The notes under the pieces: model-generated
What the model was told of the DNA's origin: nothing
Database searches by the model: none
Seen by the model: the letters and a program-made list of their open reading frames with translations, nothing else
Shown: positions 1 to 8,573 of the stretch, piece by piece
Position numbering within the stretch: position 1 is the stretch's first letter
How the letters are laid out: the number at the start of each line of letters is the position of its first letter
Program-made: the position numbers and the translations under genes
From: Bacteroidia bacterium
Lineage (GTDB): Bacteria; Bacteroidota; Bacteroidia; UKL13-3
Length of the DNA: 64,000 nucleotides
Assembly: GCA_023151275.1 (NCBI GenBank)
Contig: JAKLJI010000004.1
Location: forward strand, 4,946 to 68,945
Direction of reading: 5' to 3'

Positions 1-462
1 TGGTAAATGGGATGTGAATAAGGAATTTCAACGAATTCCAATTCCGGAAATACCTTCTTCATTTCACGTCGAATAAAGGTATTCAGGCCATAGTTATCGT
101 CAATATGTAGAAAGCCACCACCCATCAAATAATTCCTTAGGTTTTTAGCTTCTGAGCTACTGAAAACAACATTTCCATGTCCAGTAAGGTGAATAAAAGG
201 GTAATTAAATAAATCAGGACTTCCGACCTCTACCACATCTTCTTCAGCTTGAAGGTTGATGCTGAGTTCTTTTCGGCAAAATTGAATCAGATTGGGCAGT
301 GAAGTTTTGTTAGCGTACCAATCGCCTCCTCCTTGATATTTTAAACGTCCAATGCGCAGATTTTGAGTTTTTCCTGGAACAGAAAATAGCAAAATGAAGG
401 CCAAAAGGATGATTTTTGGCTGTTTTTTGATGATTAGTTGCATAGGTTCCGCAAATGCGTTA
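1..462 (-). CDS. DUF4159-like domain protein, 3' end truncated by the window edge
   Basis: My own minus-strand translation; this ORF is not in the track because it is partial. It reads MKVNAFAEPMQLIIKKQPKIILLAFILLFSVPG...RIGRLKYQGGGDWYAN...GGGFLHIDDNYG..., with the ATG at about 462-460. There is a signal-peptide-like N-terminus. The GGGDW and FLHIDD motifs recall DUF4159 proteins of Bacteroidetes. Confidence 0.45.
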
Positions 463-487
463 ACTTTCATATTCAAATGCGAACAAG

Positions 488-2347
488 ATGAGAACTTCAA
501 TACTATTCCTTTTTTTTCTTTTTTTCTCGAGTATTCCATCAAAGGCATTTGTTTATAGCATTCAGCCTTCAACCAATTTTATTCGGTATTCGGCAACTCA
601 AAGTCCGGGAACCTTTAAAATCACCTACAATCTTATGGAGGTTAACCCACTACCCGGGGATGTATTTGTTTTTGCGAATGGAGTCAGGTCGTATTTGAAG
701 GTAGAAAATTTACAAGGGGATAGCTTGAATCCATTAGTTTTTAGAAACGGAAGCGGCCAAATGATTTTAAATAATCCAGGCGGTTATTATGGGCTGGCAT
801 TTTCCGGTTGCAGGTATATCCAAGTTAATGGAAGGGGAACACCCGGCATACCCTATGGTATTCGGATAACCGGGCTAGCAACCGGAGCTGGTTTAAGTTT
901 TGATCAATTTTCATCCAATGCCGAGGTGGAGGGTGTGGAAATTGACCATGTTGGCGCAATTGGAATTATGGCAAAAACAGACCCAACTTGTGGTAATTTT
1001 TCGACTTATTCCAATTTTGTTTTTTATGATTTGGATATTCACCACAACTATATTCACCATGTTGGCACCGAGGGCTTATATATAGGCAATACCGGATACA
1101 GAGATGGTGCAGGAATTACACTAACTTGTTCCGGAGTAAAAACTACTTTGTTGCCCCATAAAATGGTTGGGGTTTCAATTAGCAATAATTTGCTTGATTC
1201 AACCGGATGGGATGCTATTCAAGTAAGCATGGCTAATCCTTGTGTAGTTTTTTCAAACCTAATAAGAAACGATTCGTATGCAGATGAGCCCTCTCAAATG
1301 GGAGGAATAACCATTGGACAACCCTCCATTGCCAGCGTTTATGGAAATTACATTCAGAAAAGCACTGGAGTGGCAATTGCCAGTTTTGGAACAGGAACAC
1401 GGATTTATAACAATCTCATTCTTGAGCCGGGTTTATCGCAAAAGGCAAGAGGTTATTATGAGAATGGCATGTTAAAAGGAACCTCCTTTTTATACGGCAT
1501 TTATTGTTCGGATAAGGTATGCAAGGACACTACAGTGGCAAGATTACCGTATGAGATTTTTCACAATACAATTGTTATTCGTAAAACCTATCGGATGGCT
1601 TCTCCCTATAATACGTTTGCCCCACAAGGAATTAACTTAAATGGTTTAGCTTACATTCAAGGAAGTGTAGTTGGAAATAACCTAATAGCGATTGATACGA
1701 GCTCAGATCAAGCTTCAACAATTATTAATGGGGTGTATTCCTCTAATTCAGTGCCTGGCTATTCAACCCTCACTAATCCATCTTTTATATCCTTGAATAG
1801 TCGCAGTGTTTATGCGCTAAATTTCTATTCAAATGAGTTTGCACTAAGTGGTTTCCGTGATATTGCAAATGGAGATTATCACCTAATTGAAAATGCCCCA
1901 TCTGTTGATTTGGCAGTTCCATCATTGGTGCAGCAGCGTAATTGGTTACAAACAGATATGGAGGGAAGAGGCCGGCCCTTGGGAAGTTCCCCAGATTTTG
2001 GAGCCTTTGAGTCGGCAGCTGAATTGGACTATGGAAATGAATTGTATGTGCTTGCTTATCCCAATCCTTTGCGAGCAAGTTCAGGTTTGATTGAGCAAAA
2101 TTTTGAGATTGCACACACCAATCCGGCAGGGGTAAGTCAGGTTGAATTGCGTTTGCTTACATTGGATTCCAATCCGCAATGGGTGGCAACTCGATTTATT
2201 TTTCTGCCTGATTTGTATTCAGATGGTAATAAGATTAGGTTAACAAGCTCTTGGGATGGAAGTTTGATTTTACCCGGATTGTATGTAGTGCAGGTTTATG
2301 CAGACGGCATATATTCAGGCTCATGCAGGGTGATGATTTGTTATTGA
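488..2347 (+). CDS. secreted right-handed beta-helix (pectin-lyase-fold-like) protein with a T9SS C-terminal sorting domain
   Basis: N-terminal signal peptide MRTSILFLFFLFFSSIPSKA. Repetitive NxxG/IxN-rich beta-helix-like segments. The C-terminal about 90 aa (YVLAYPNPLRASSGL...GLYVVQVYADGIYSGSCRVMI) matches the T9SS CTD pattern. Confidence 0.6.
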   Translation: MRTSILFLFFLFFSSIPSKAFVYSIQPSTNFIRYSATQSPGTFKITYNLMEVNPLPGDVFVFANGVRSYLKVENLQGDSLNPLVFRNGSGQMILNNPGGYYGLAFSGCRYIQVNGRGTPGIPYGIRITGLATGAGLSFDQFSSNAEVEGVEIDHVGAIGIMAKTDPTCGNFSTYSNFVFYDLDIHHNYIHHVGTEGLYIGNTGYRDGAGITLTCSGVKTTLLPHKMVGVSISNNLLDSTGWDAIQVSMANPCVVFSNLIRNDSYADEPSQMGGITIGQPSIASVYGNYIQKSTGVAIASFGTGTRIYNNLILEPGLSQKARGYYENGMLKGTSFLYGIYCSDKVCKDTTVARLPYEIFHNTIVIRKTYRMASPYNTFAPQGINLNGLAYIQGSVVGNNLIAIDTSSDQASTIINGVYSSNSVPGYSTLTNPSFISLNSRSVYALNFYSNEFALSGFRDIANGDYHLIENAPSVDLAVPSLVQQRNWLQTDMEGRGRPLGSSPDFGAFESAAELDYGNELYVLAYPNPLRASSGLIEQNFEIAHTNPAGVSQVELRLLTLDSNPQWVATRFIFLPDLYSDGNKIRLTSSWDGSLILPGLYVVQVYADGIYSGSCRVMICY

Positions 2348-2356
2348 CAGATGGCC

Positions 2357-3085
2357 TTAGCTGTTATAGAATGCTGATACCCAGCTGGCCGATTGTATAG
2401 CTGCAGTTTCTGTACGAAGAATTGTTCTACCTAATGAAACCGGTTTGAAATGGTTCTCAATAGCTAGTTGCACTTCATCAGGTGTGAAATCGCCTTCCGG
2501 ACCAATTAAAACGAGAATATCGGCGGGTGAATTTAGGTTTGATTGCAAATGCTTTAGTAAGCCTTCGTTTTTTTCTGTTTCAACCCAAGCAATAAATCGC
2601 TCGCAATTCCATGTTTGTTGTAATTTGAAAAAGCTATCAAGTTTTTGAATTTCGCCTAGAATGGGTAGTTTGAATTGCTTGCTTTGTTTTAATGCCGAGA
2701 TGGCAATTTTTTCAAGTCGTTCCAAATTTAAGCGTGAACGTTCAGAATTTTTAGTTTCGATAAAGTACAATTCATCTAAACCAATTTCAATGCATTTCTC
2801 AAGCATCCATTCCATTCTGTCGTTATTTTTGGTGGGTGCGATAGCTAATCTTAATCGGTAGTTTCTTGCGCTGACTTGTGCTTCGATGGAGATTATTTCA
2901 AGTTCACACTTTTTTGGATGATCATTTCTAATGATTGCTAAGGCCAGATTTCCTTGCCCATCCATAATGCGAATTTGTTCCCCTTTTGCCTTTCTAAGTA
3001 CCTTAATTAGGTGTTTTGACTCCTCTTCCGGTAAGGTGATTGACTTGAATTCTAAGTTTGGGTGAAAGAAAAGAAACTCGCTCAT
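2357..3085 (-). CDS. rsmE: 16S rRNA (uracil1498-N3)-methyltransferase RsmE
   Basis: 242 aa. The C-terminal LVLIGPEGDFTPDEV...SLGRTILRTETA motif is typical of the RsmE/SPOUT family. Confidence 0.8.
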   Translation of the reverse strand: MSEFLFFHPNLEFKSITLPEEESKHLIKVLRKAKGEQIRIMDGQGNLALAIIRNDHPKKCELEIISIEAQVSARNYRLRLAIAPTKNNDRMEWMLEKCIEIGLDELYFIETKNSERSRLNLERLEKIAISALKQSKQFKLPILGEIQKLDSFFKLQQTWNCERFIAWVETEKNEGLLKHLQSNLNSPADILVLIGPEGDFTPDEVQLAIENHFKPVSLGRTILRTETAAIQSASWVSAFYNS

Positions 3086-3180
3086 GAAAAGTAGTTAAGG
3101 AGGATTACTAATTACGAAGGTAAGCGAATTTGTCTTTTTGAAATTGAAGTCAAACCCCATGGATTCACCCTAGCTGTTTG

Positions 3181-4089
3181 TCAGAGCTTTTCAATTTCCT
3201 GATTTGAAAGTCCTGTAAGCTTAACAATTTCCTCGGTACTTAATCCCATTTGTTTGGCGTTCCGAGCGGTAGTTTTGAGCGCCTCTACTATACCCTCTAA
3301 TTTTCCTTCGGCAAGTCCTTCTAGTTTTCCTTCAACTAATCCTTCTAGTTTCCCTTCCAATTTACCTTCATCAAATGCAGTATCCATAACGCCTTTTAAA
3401 TCGCGGTAAATTTTTAGGCTGCTTTCGTACTTGTCCATTTCGCTTTGGCCCAATTTGGCTAATTCTGCTTTTTCAAAGGCTTGGTTGAAAACTTCATCTG
3501 AGAAAATGCTAGGGATTTGCTGAAAGTCTTCCAAGTTTTTGATGAAGTAAAGCCATTTGTCCAACCGACTTGCAAGTTCCTGTTCGGCGAGTTTGAAATT
3601 TGGCATTTCGAGGTAAATGAAAGTGAGCTTGTCGTAGAATACCTTTCCATGCTGGTTTTTGAGTTTGATGGTATGCAGCACTTCATGTTTCTCGGGTTCA
3701 GTTTCGTAATCATCAAAAGTGAAATCGAGGATTCCGATGCAGTACACCGATTTTAGTTCGTAGTTCCACTCACCTTTTTCGGCTTGTTCGCGTATTGGGA
3801 AGGTTGCGTAGTAAATTGTTCTGTCTTTGAAGAAGTTTTGCTTGGCCTTTTGAAGTTCTACAATAAACTTTTCGCCTTTTTCATTTTCGCAGTAGATATC
3901 AAAAATGGCTCTTCTGTCGTATTCGGATAAACCCGTTTGTTCGGTATTTCGGAAGTTGAGTTGGTAGATTTTATCTTCAGGAGGCAGGAGTGCATTGAGG
4001 AAATCAATAAGCAAAGGCTTACTAGCTTCTTCTCCAAAGATTTTCTTGAATCCGAAGTCGGTAAAAGGGTTAACGTACTTTGCTTTCAT
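3181..4089 (-). mobile_element. Rpn/YhgA-like PD-(D/E)XK nuclease-family putative transposase with a C-terminal (EGKLx)n repeat
   Basis: The N-terminus MKAKYVNPFTDFGFKKIFG...FDIYCENEKGEKFIVELQ is the hallmark of the PD-(D/E)XK 'putative transposase or invertase' family, which is widespread in Bacteroidetes. The C-terminus EGKLEGKLEGLVEGKLEGLAEGKLEGIVEAL is encoded by imperfect 15-nt tandem DNA repeats at about 3255-3375. Confidence 0.7.
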
Positions 4090-4250
4090 GATTTATGCAC
4101 TGACAGTTTGAAATACAAATTTACCGGATTCAGTATTAAGGTTTTCCTTGAATCTGCCTTAAATTAAATGAGGTTTACCTAAGTTATTGCATGTAATTTT
4201 TTGGATTTAAGGGGAATCTGCAATAAAAAGCGTTTCCTGAATGGAGTTGG

Positions 4251-4450
4251 AACTTGCCTGAGGGGTAGAAGCGGTACCCGCCGGTAAGGGCTGATTGAGG
4301 CTGCGCGTTTTGCGGGGCTGCCGGCAGAAAGCCACCGCAAAGCGCATGCAGGCTCTTCAGCACTTGACGGGGAGTACAAGCGGATGACCCGGCCTTTTGC
4401 CTGCACGGATTTTTGTTGTTTGAGGAATTGACCTGGCAAAAGGACAGGCC
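4251..4450 (-). repeat. GC-rich about 200-nt intergenic element, copy A (inverted relative to copy B at 56081-56283)
   Basis: It shares a core caaaaggccgggtcatccgcYtgtactcc (28/29 nt). Both copies have similar ends: ggcctgYccttttg at the 5' end and cccctcaggca at the 3' end. A terminal stem ccttttgcc/ggcaaaagg corresponds to ccttttgggc/gcccaaaagg in copy B, so the change is compensatory. The overlapping ORFs are in different frames in the two copies, which argues the element is non-coding. Confidence 0.6.
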
Positions 4451-4486
4451 CAAGTATGGTGTAAGAAGTTGGATAGGGTTAGGTGC

Positions 4487-4523
4487 AAAAAAAACGGCTT
4501 GAGAAGTTTTCTCAAGCCGTTTT
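4487..4523 (-). terminator. rho-independent terminator downstream of pckA; hairpin flanked by A8 and T4, so possibly bidirectional
   Basis: aaaaaaaa-cggcttgagaa-gtttt-ttctcaagccg-tttt. On the minus strand the stem is followed by T8. Confidence 0.65.
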
Positions 4524-4539
4524 GGATATTGAAGCTTAG

Positions 4540-6135
4540 TTAAGCGTTTTGTTGTGCTTTAGGAGCGGCATTCAGGATTTCTTCGCTTACGCCACTTGCA
4601 AATTGTTCGAAGTTTTTAACGAACATATTGGCAAGTTTATTGGCTTGAGCATCGTAAGCAGCCTTGTCTGCCCAAGTATTGCGAGGATTTAGCAATTCTT
4701 GCGGCACATTTGGACAAGATTTTGGCATCATGTAACCAAATACGGGATGTGCTTCGAATTCTACTGAATTCAGTTCGCCATTAAGGGCTGCGGTAATCAT
4801 GGCACGGGTGTAAGAAAGTTTCATACGTGAACCAACGCCATAAGCTCCGCCCGACCATCCTGTATTAATTAACCATACGTTGATGTTTGGATTTTCGCGA
4901 AGTTTTTTACCCAACATTTCAGCGTATTTTCCAGGGTGCAAAGGCAGGAATGCTTTACCAAAACATGCACTGAAGGTAGCTTGTGGTTCAGTTACGCCTG
5001 CTTCTGTACCAGCAACTTTTGCGGTATATCCGCTGATGAAACTGTACATGGCTTGTCCAACATTGAGTTTTGAAATTGGAGGCAATACACCAAACGCATC
5101 AGCGGTTAGGAAAAAGATATTTTCCGGAGCATTACCCAATGAAGGTTCAGCAGCATTGTCGATGTGGTGAATTGGGTAAGCAACGCGGGTGTTTTCGGTT
5201 ACGCTGATATTTGTATAGTCAACGGTAGAAGTACCTGGAATAAAGCGCGTGTTTTCGAGCAATGCGCCAAATTTGATGGCATTGAAAATCTGTGGTTCTT
5301 TTTCTTGGGTAAGGTCAACACATTTTGCGTAGCAGCCACCTTCAAAATTGAAAACAGAATCATCTGCCCATCCGTGCTCATCGTCGCCAATTAGTTTGCG
5401 TTCAGGATCAGCAGAAAGGGTTGTTTTACCTGTTCCTGAAAGGCCGAAGAAGATAGCAGTATCGCCTTTTTTGCCAATGTTGGCTGAGCAGTGCATGCTA
5501 AGAACTCCTTTTTCCTCAGGAAGAATATAATTCAACACTGTGAAAATTCCTTTTTTCATTTCACCGGTATAACCGCTACCACCAACAAGGATGATTTTAC
5601 GGCTGAAATCGATGATGGAGAAATTGTGCTGACGCGTTCCATCTTCTGCGGCAATAGCTTTGAAGGAAGGAGCGTTGATAATCAGCCACTCAGGTTCAAA
5701 GTTTTTCAGGTCTTCGTTTGTTGGGCGAAGGAAAAGGTTGTAGCAAAACAAGTTGTGGTAAGCCGTTTCATTGATTACACGGATATTTAACTTGTAACGG
5801 GGATCAGCACATGCATAGGCATCACGCACGTAGATTTGTTTTCCGGCATAATGGTTAATCACTTTGTTCAAAAGGGCTTCAAACTTGTTGGAGTCGAACT
5901 TTTGATTCACATCTCCCCACCATACCGTATTTTCGGTTTTGCTATCTAGAACACAAAATTTGTCCTTAGGAGAGCGTCCGGTAAATTCTCCTGTGTCGGC
6001 CATCAGGGCGCCAGTGTCGTTCAATACACCTTCGCCATTTAATATAGCGTGACGAACCAATTCAGCTGGACTCAGGTTAACGTGTGCCTTAGAAGCAAGG
6101 CCCATTACCTTTTCAACAATTTCGTTTGTTTTCAT
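4540..6135 (-). CDS. pckA: phosphoenolpyruvate carboxykinase (ATP)
   Basis: 531 aa. GLSGTGKTTLS kinase P-loop and overall PckA architecture. Confidence 0.95.
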   Translation of the reverse strand: MKTNEIVEKVMGLASKAHVNLSPAELVRHAILNGEGVLNDTGALMADTGEFTGRSPKDKFCVLDSKTENTVWWGDVNQKFDSNKFEALLNKVINHYAGKQIYVRDAYACADPRYKLNIRVINETAYHNLFCYNLFLRPTNEDLKNFEPEWLIINAPSFKAIAAEDGTRQHNFSIIDFSRKIILVGGSGYTGEMKKGIFTVLNYILPEEKGVLSMHCSANIGKKGDTAIFFGLSGTGKTTLSADPERKLIGDDEHGWADDSVFNFEGGCYAKCVDLTQEKEPQIFNAIKFGALLENTRFIPGTSTVDYTNISVTENTRVAYPIHHIDNAAEPSLGNAPENIFFLTADAFGVLPPISKLNVGQAMYSFISGYTAKVAGTEAGVTEPQATFSACFGKAFLPLHPGKYAEMLGKKLRENPNINVWLINTGWSGGAYGVGSRMKLSYTRAMITAALNGELNSVEFEAHPVFGYMMPKSCPNVPQELLNPRNTWADKAAYDAQANKLANMFVKNFEQFASGVSEEILNAAPKAQQNA

Positions 6136-6325
6136 TGTCAGGGTTTTGTAAACTTTGGTGGGTCAAAAATACGCTTTCCGCAATCGAATGCAATGGAAAG
6201 CGCTAACTCTGGCAAATTTGACCTGAAAACGAAACAGAAAAAATGAGCAATATCAGGGAAGATATTGACAGTGTAAGAGTTTGAGATTTTAAAACTTTTT
6301 AAGTGTTCTTTTGTTTTTTTGCCGT

Positions 6326-8563
6326 ATGCGGCGTACTCACTTTATTGAGCTGGTAAGGCAATTTGCAAGTTCATCTGGCGACTCTATTAATTTTCACGAG
6401 TTGTCGGAAGCAGCTTTAAGTTACTCTGACGAGGCTCCTCAGGATTTTCAACAGTTTGTTTTTCAGTTTCAAGAGATTGCCGATTCGGCAGGCTATCATT
6501 TCCAACTGCGCACGCTGACACCTTCAGATTTATTGGCTTTACTTAAAAACGATAGTTTTCCGCTACTTGTTTTTAAAAATGGAGCTAATACTTTAGAGCC
6601 TTTGTTGATTCAGGGAATAAATTCTGCCAGGTTTAGGCAGTTTGATTCTTGGACAGGTCGGGATGAAACTGAGGTGCCTCTTGATACTGCAGAATTATCA
6701 AAGCGGTTTGCGACTATTTCAACCTGTGTGCGAGATTATGCAATGATTTCAGATTCATTTTCGGAATCGGAAATGCGCGAACAGGAAAGCAGGATTGTAG
6801 TCTTTTCCGGGTTCAGAATTCAGGCCAGTGAAGTAGAACTTCAAGAAAATAGCGGTCAAACCCCAGTAAAGCGCTTTTTTAAGTTGCTTGATTTGGAAAA
6901 AAAGGACATTTATACCATGTACTTTTTTGCCATTTTGGTGGCCCTCATAACTCTCACTATTCCACTCGGAATTCAGGCGGTTATTGGATTGGTTTCGGGT
7001 GGACTTCTTCTTGAAAGTGCTGTTTTGCTGATTATTTTAATTATTTTGGCAACTTTAGGTTCGGGTTGGTTGCAGGTGCAGCAGCTTTCCTTAGTTGAAA
7101 TATTGCAACAGCGTATTTTTACGCGAACAGCTTTTGAATTTTCCTACCGCATTCCGCGCATCAAATCAGAGGTTTTAGATAGACAGTACACCCCTGAATT
7201 GGTAAACCGCTTTTTTGATGTGTTGAACGTTCAAAAATCCTTGCCCAAAATTTTAATCGACTTTGCGAGTGCCTTGATTCAGATTATTTTTGGGTTGATA
7301 CTCCTTTCTCTCTACCATTATAGTTTTATTTTCTTTGGTTTGAGCTTGTTTTTGGCAGTTTCATTGGTTTTTGTTTTTACGGGTAAAAAGGCATTGGAAA
7401 CCAGTATTCAAGAATCGAAATACAAGTACAAACTGGCTTTTTGGCTGGAAGAAATAGGAAGAAGTTTGCATGCTTTTAAAATGGCTGCAAACACCGGACT
7501 TCCAGTAAATAAAACGGATAAGATTCTCGACAAATACTTGTACTACCGAAGAAAGCACTTTGGTATTCTGGTAAAGCAGTTTATGGCAGTAATTGGATTC
7601 AAAACAGCCATTACTGCGGGCTTGTTGATTTTGGGCGCGACACTTGTTGTTAATCGTGAGATAAACTTGGGTCAGTTTGTGGCCTCCGAAATCATTATCA
7701 TGTTGATTATTTCATCGGTTGAAAAAATCATTAGCAATATTTCGAATATTTACGATGTACTAACCGCCATTGATAAACTTGGAACAGTAACCGACTTGCC
7801 TATTGAGCCTGTTAACGGCCGAGTTGCCCGCGATTTGGTTCCTGATGGGAAGATCAAGCTCGAAGTGTCGAATTTAAGTTTTGCTTATCCTGATGCTAAA
7901 AATAATAGTATTGAAGGATTGAATTTTGCCATATATCCCGGAAAGAAAATTGCATTGGTTGGAACCAGTGATTCCGGGAAAAGTACTTTATTGAAAATTC
8001 TCTCTGGTTTATATCACAGCTATGAGGGTGCAATTTTGTTGAATGGAGTTTCTTTGCGTGAGGTAAACTTAAACTCGTATCGGAACCTGATTGCCGATAC
8101 TGGAAATTTGAACGATTTGTTTGAAGGAACCATTGAGGATAATATCTGCATGGGGAATCCGCAGCTTGCATTTTCTGAAATTGTAAAGGCTTGTGAATTG
8201 TCATGTTTGAATACTTTTTTAGGAAATTTGGACAAGGGGCTTAAAACAGAAATTACTCCAGGTGCCACTAATTTCCCGAGTAATATTGGAAAGAAGATAC
8301 TCCTTGCACGGGCTTTTGTTGCCAATCCTTCTTTGATGTTAATTGATGATTTGTTTAATCAAATCAATCAAAGTGAAAAGCAAGAGATTTTGGATCATTT
8401 GTTTGCCAAAGCCGACATGTCATTGCTCTTGGTCAGCAGTCATCCATCTGTTTTAAGGCGCTGCGATGAAATTTGGGTTATGAGCAACGGAAGAATAAGC
8501 TCAAAGGGTAATTTTGAAGAATTGAAAAAGGCCGGATTGTTGGATTTTATCATTTTTGAATAA
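6326..8563 (+). CDS. T1SS-type ABC transporter (C39-like domain, transmembrane domain, nucleotide-binding domain) with degenerate ATPase motifs
   Basis: The track ORF begins at TTG 6311; the first ATG is 6326. An N-terminal about 190-aa C39-like domain lacks an obvious catalytic Cys and His. Six TM helices follow. In the nucleotide-binding domain, Walker A is GTSDSGKST and the H-loop is SSH. The signature motif reads PSNIGKK instead of LSGGQ, the Q-loop Q is replaced by N, and Walker B reads LIDD instead of DE. Confidence 0.75.
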   Translation: MRRTHFIELVRQFASSSGDSINFHELSEAALSYSDEAPQDFQQFVFQFQEIADSAGYHFQLRTLTPSDLLALLKNDSFPLLVFKNGANTLEPLLIQGINSARFRQFDSWTGRDETEVPLDTAELSKRFATISTCVRDYAMISDSFSESEMREQESRIVVFSGFRIQASEVELQENSGQTPVKRFFKLLDLEKKDIYTMYFFAILVALITLTIPLGIQAVIGLVSGGLLLESAVLLIILIILATLGSGWLQVQQLSLVEILQQRIFTRTAFEFSYRIPRIKSEVLDRQYTPELVNRFFDVLNVQKSLPKILIDFASALIQIIFGLILLSLYHYSFIFFGLSLFLAVSLVFVFTGKKALETSIQESKYKYKLAFWLEEIGRSLHAFKMAANTGLPVNKTDKILDKYLYYRRKHFGILVKQFMAVIGFKTAITAGLLILGATLVVNREINLGQFVASEIIIMLIISSVEKIISNISNIYDVLTAIDKLGTVTDLPIEPVNGRVARDLVPDGKIKLEVSNLSFAYPDAKNNSIEGLNFAIYPGKKIALVGTSDSGKSTLLKILSGLYHSYEGAILLNGVSLREVNLNSYRNLIADTGNLNDLFEGTIEDNICMGNPQLAFSEIVKACELSCLNTFLGNLDKGLKTEITPGATNFPSNIGKKILLARAFVANPSLMLIDDLFNQINQSEKQEILDHLFAKADMSLLLVSSHPSVLRRCDEIWVMSNGRISSKGNFEELKKAGLLDFIIFE

Positions 8564-8573
8564 GCACATAGGT

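Noticed and set aside
4179-4453. ORFs of 86 and 89 aa overlapping GC-rich element copy A
   Set aside because: The same conserved core is read in a different frame in copy B. The peptides are low-complexity Pro/Ala/Gly/Arg products of GC-rich DNA. I judge the element to be non-coding.
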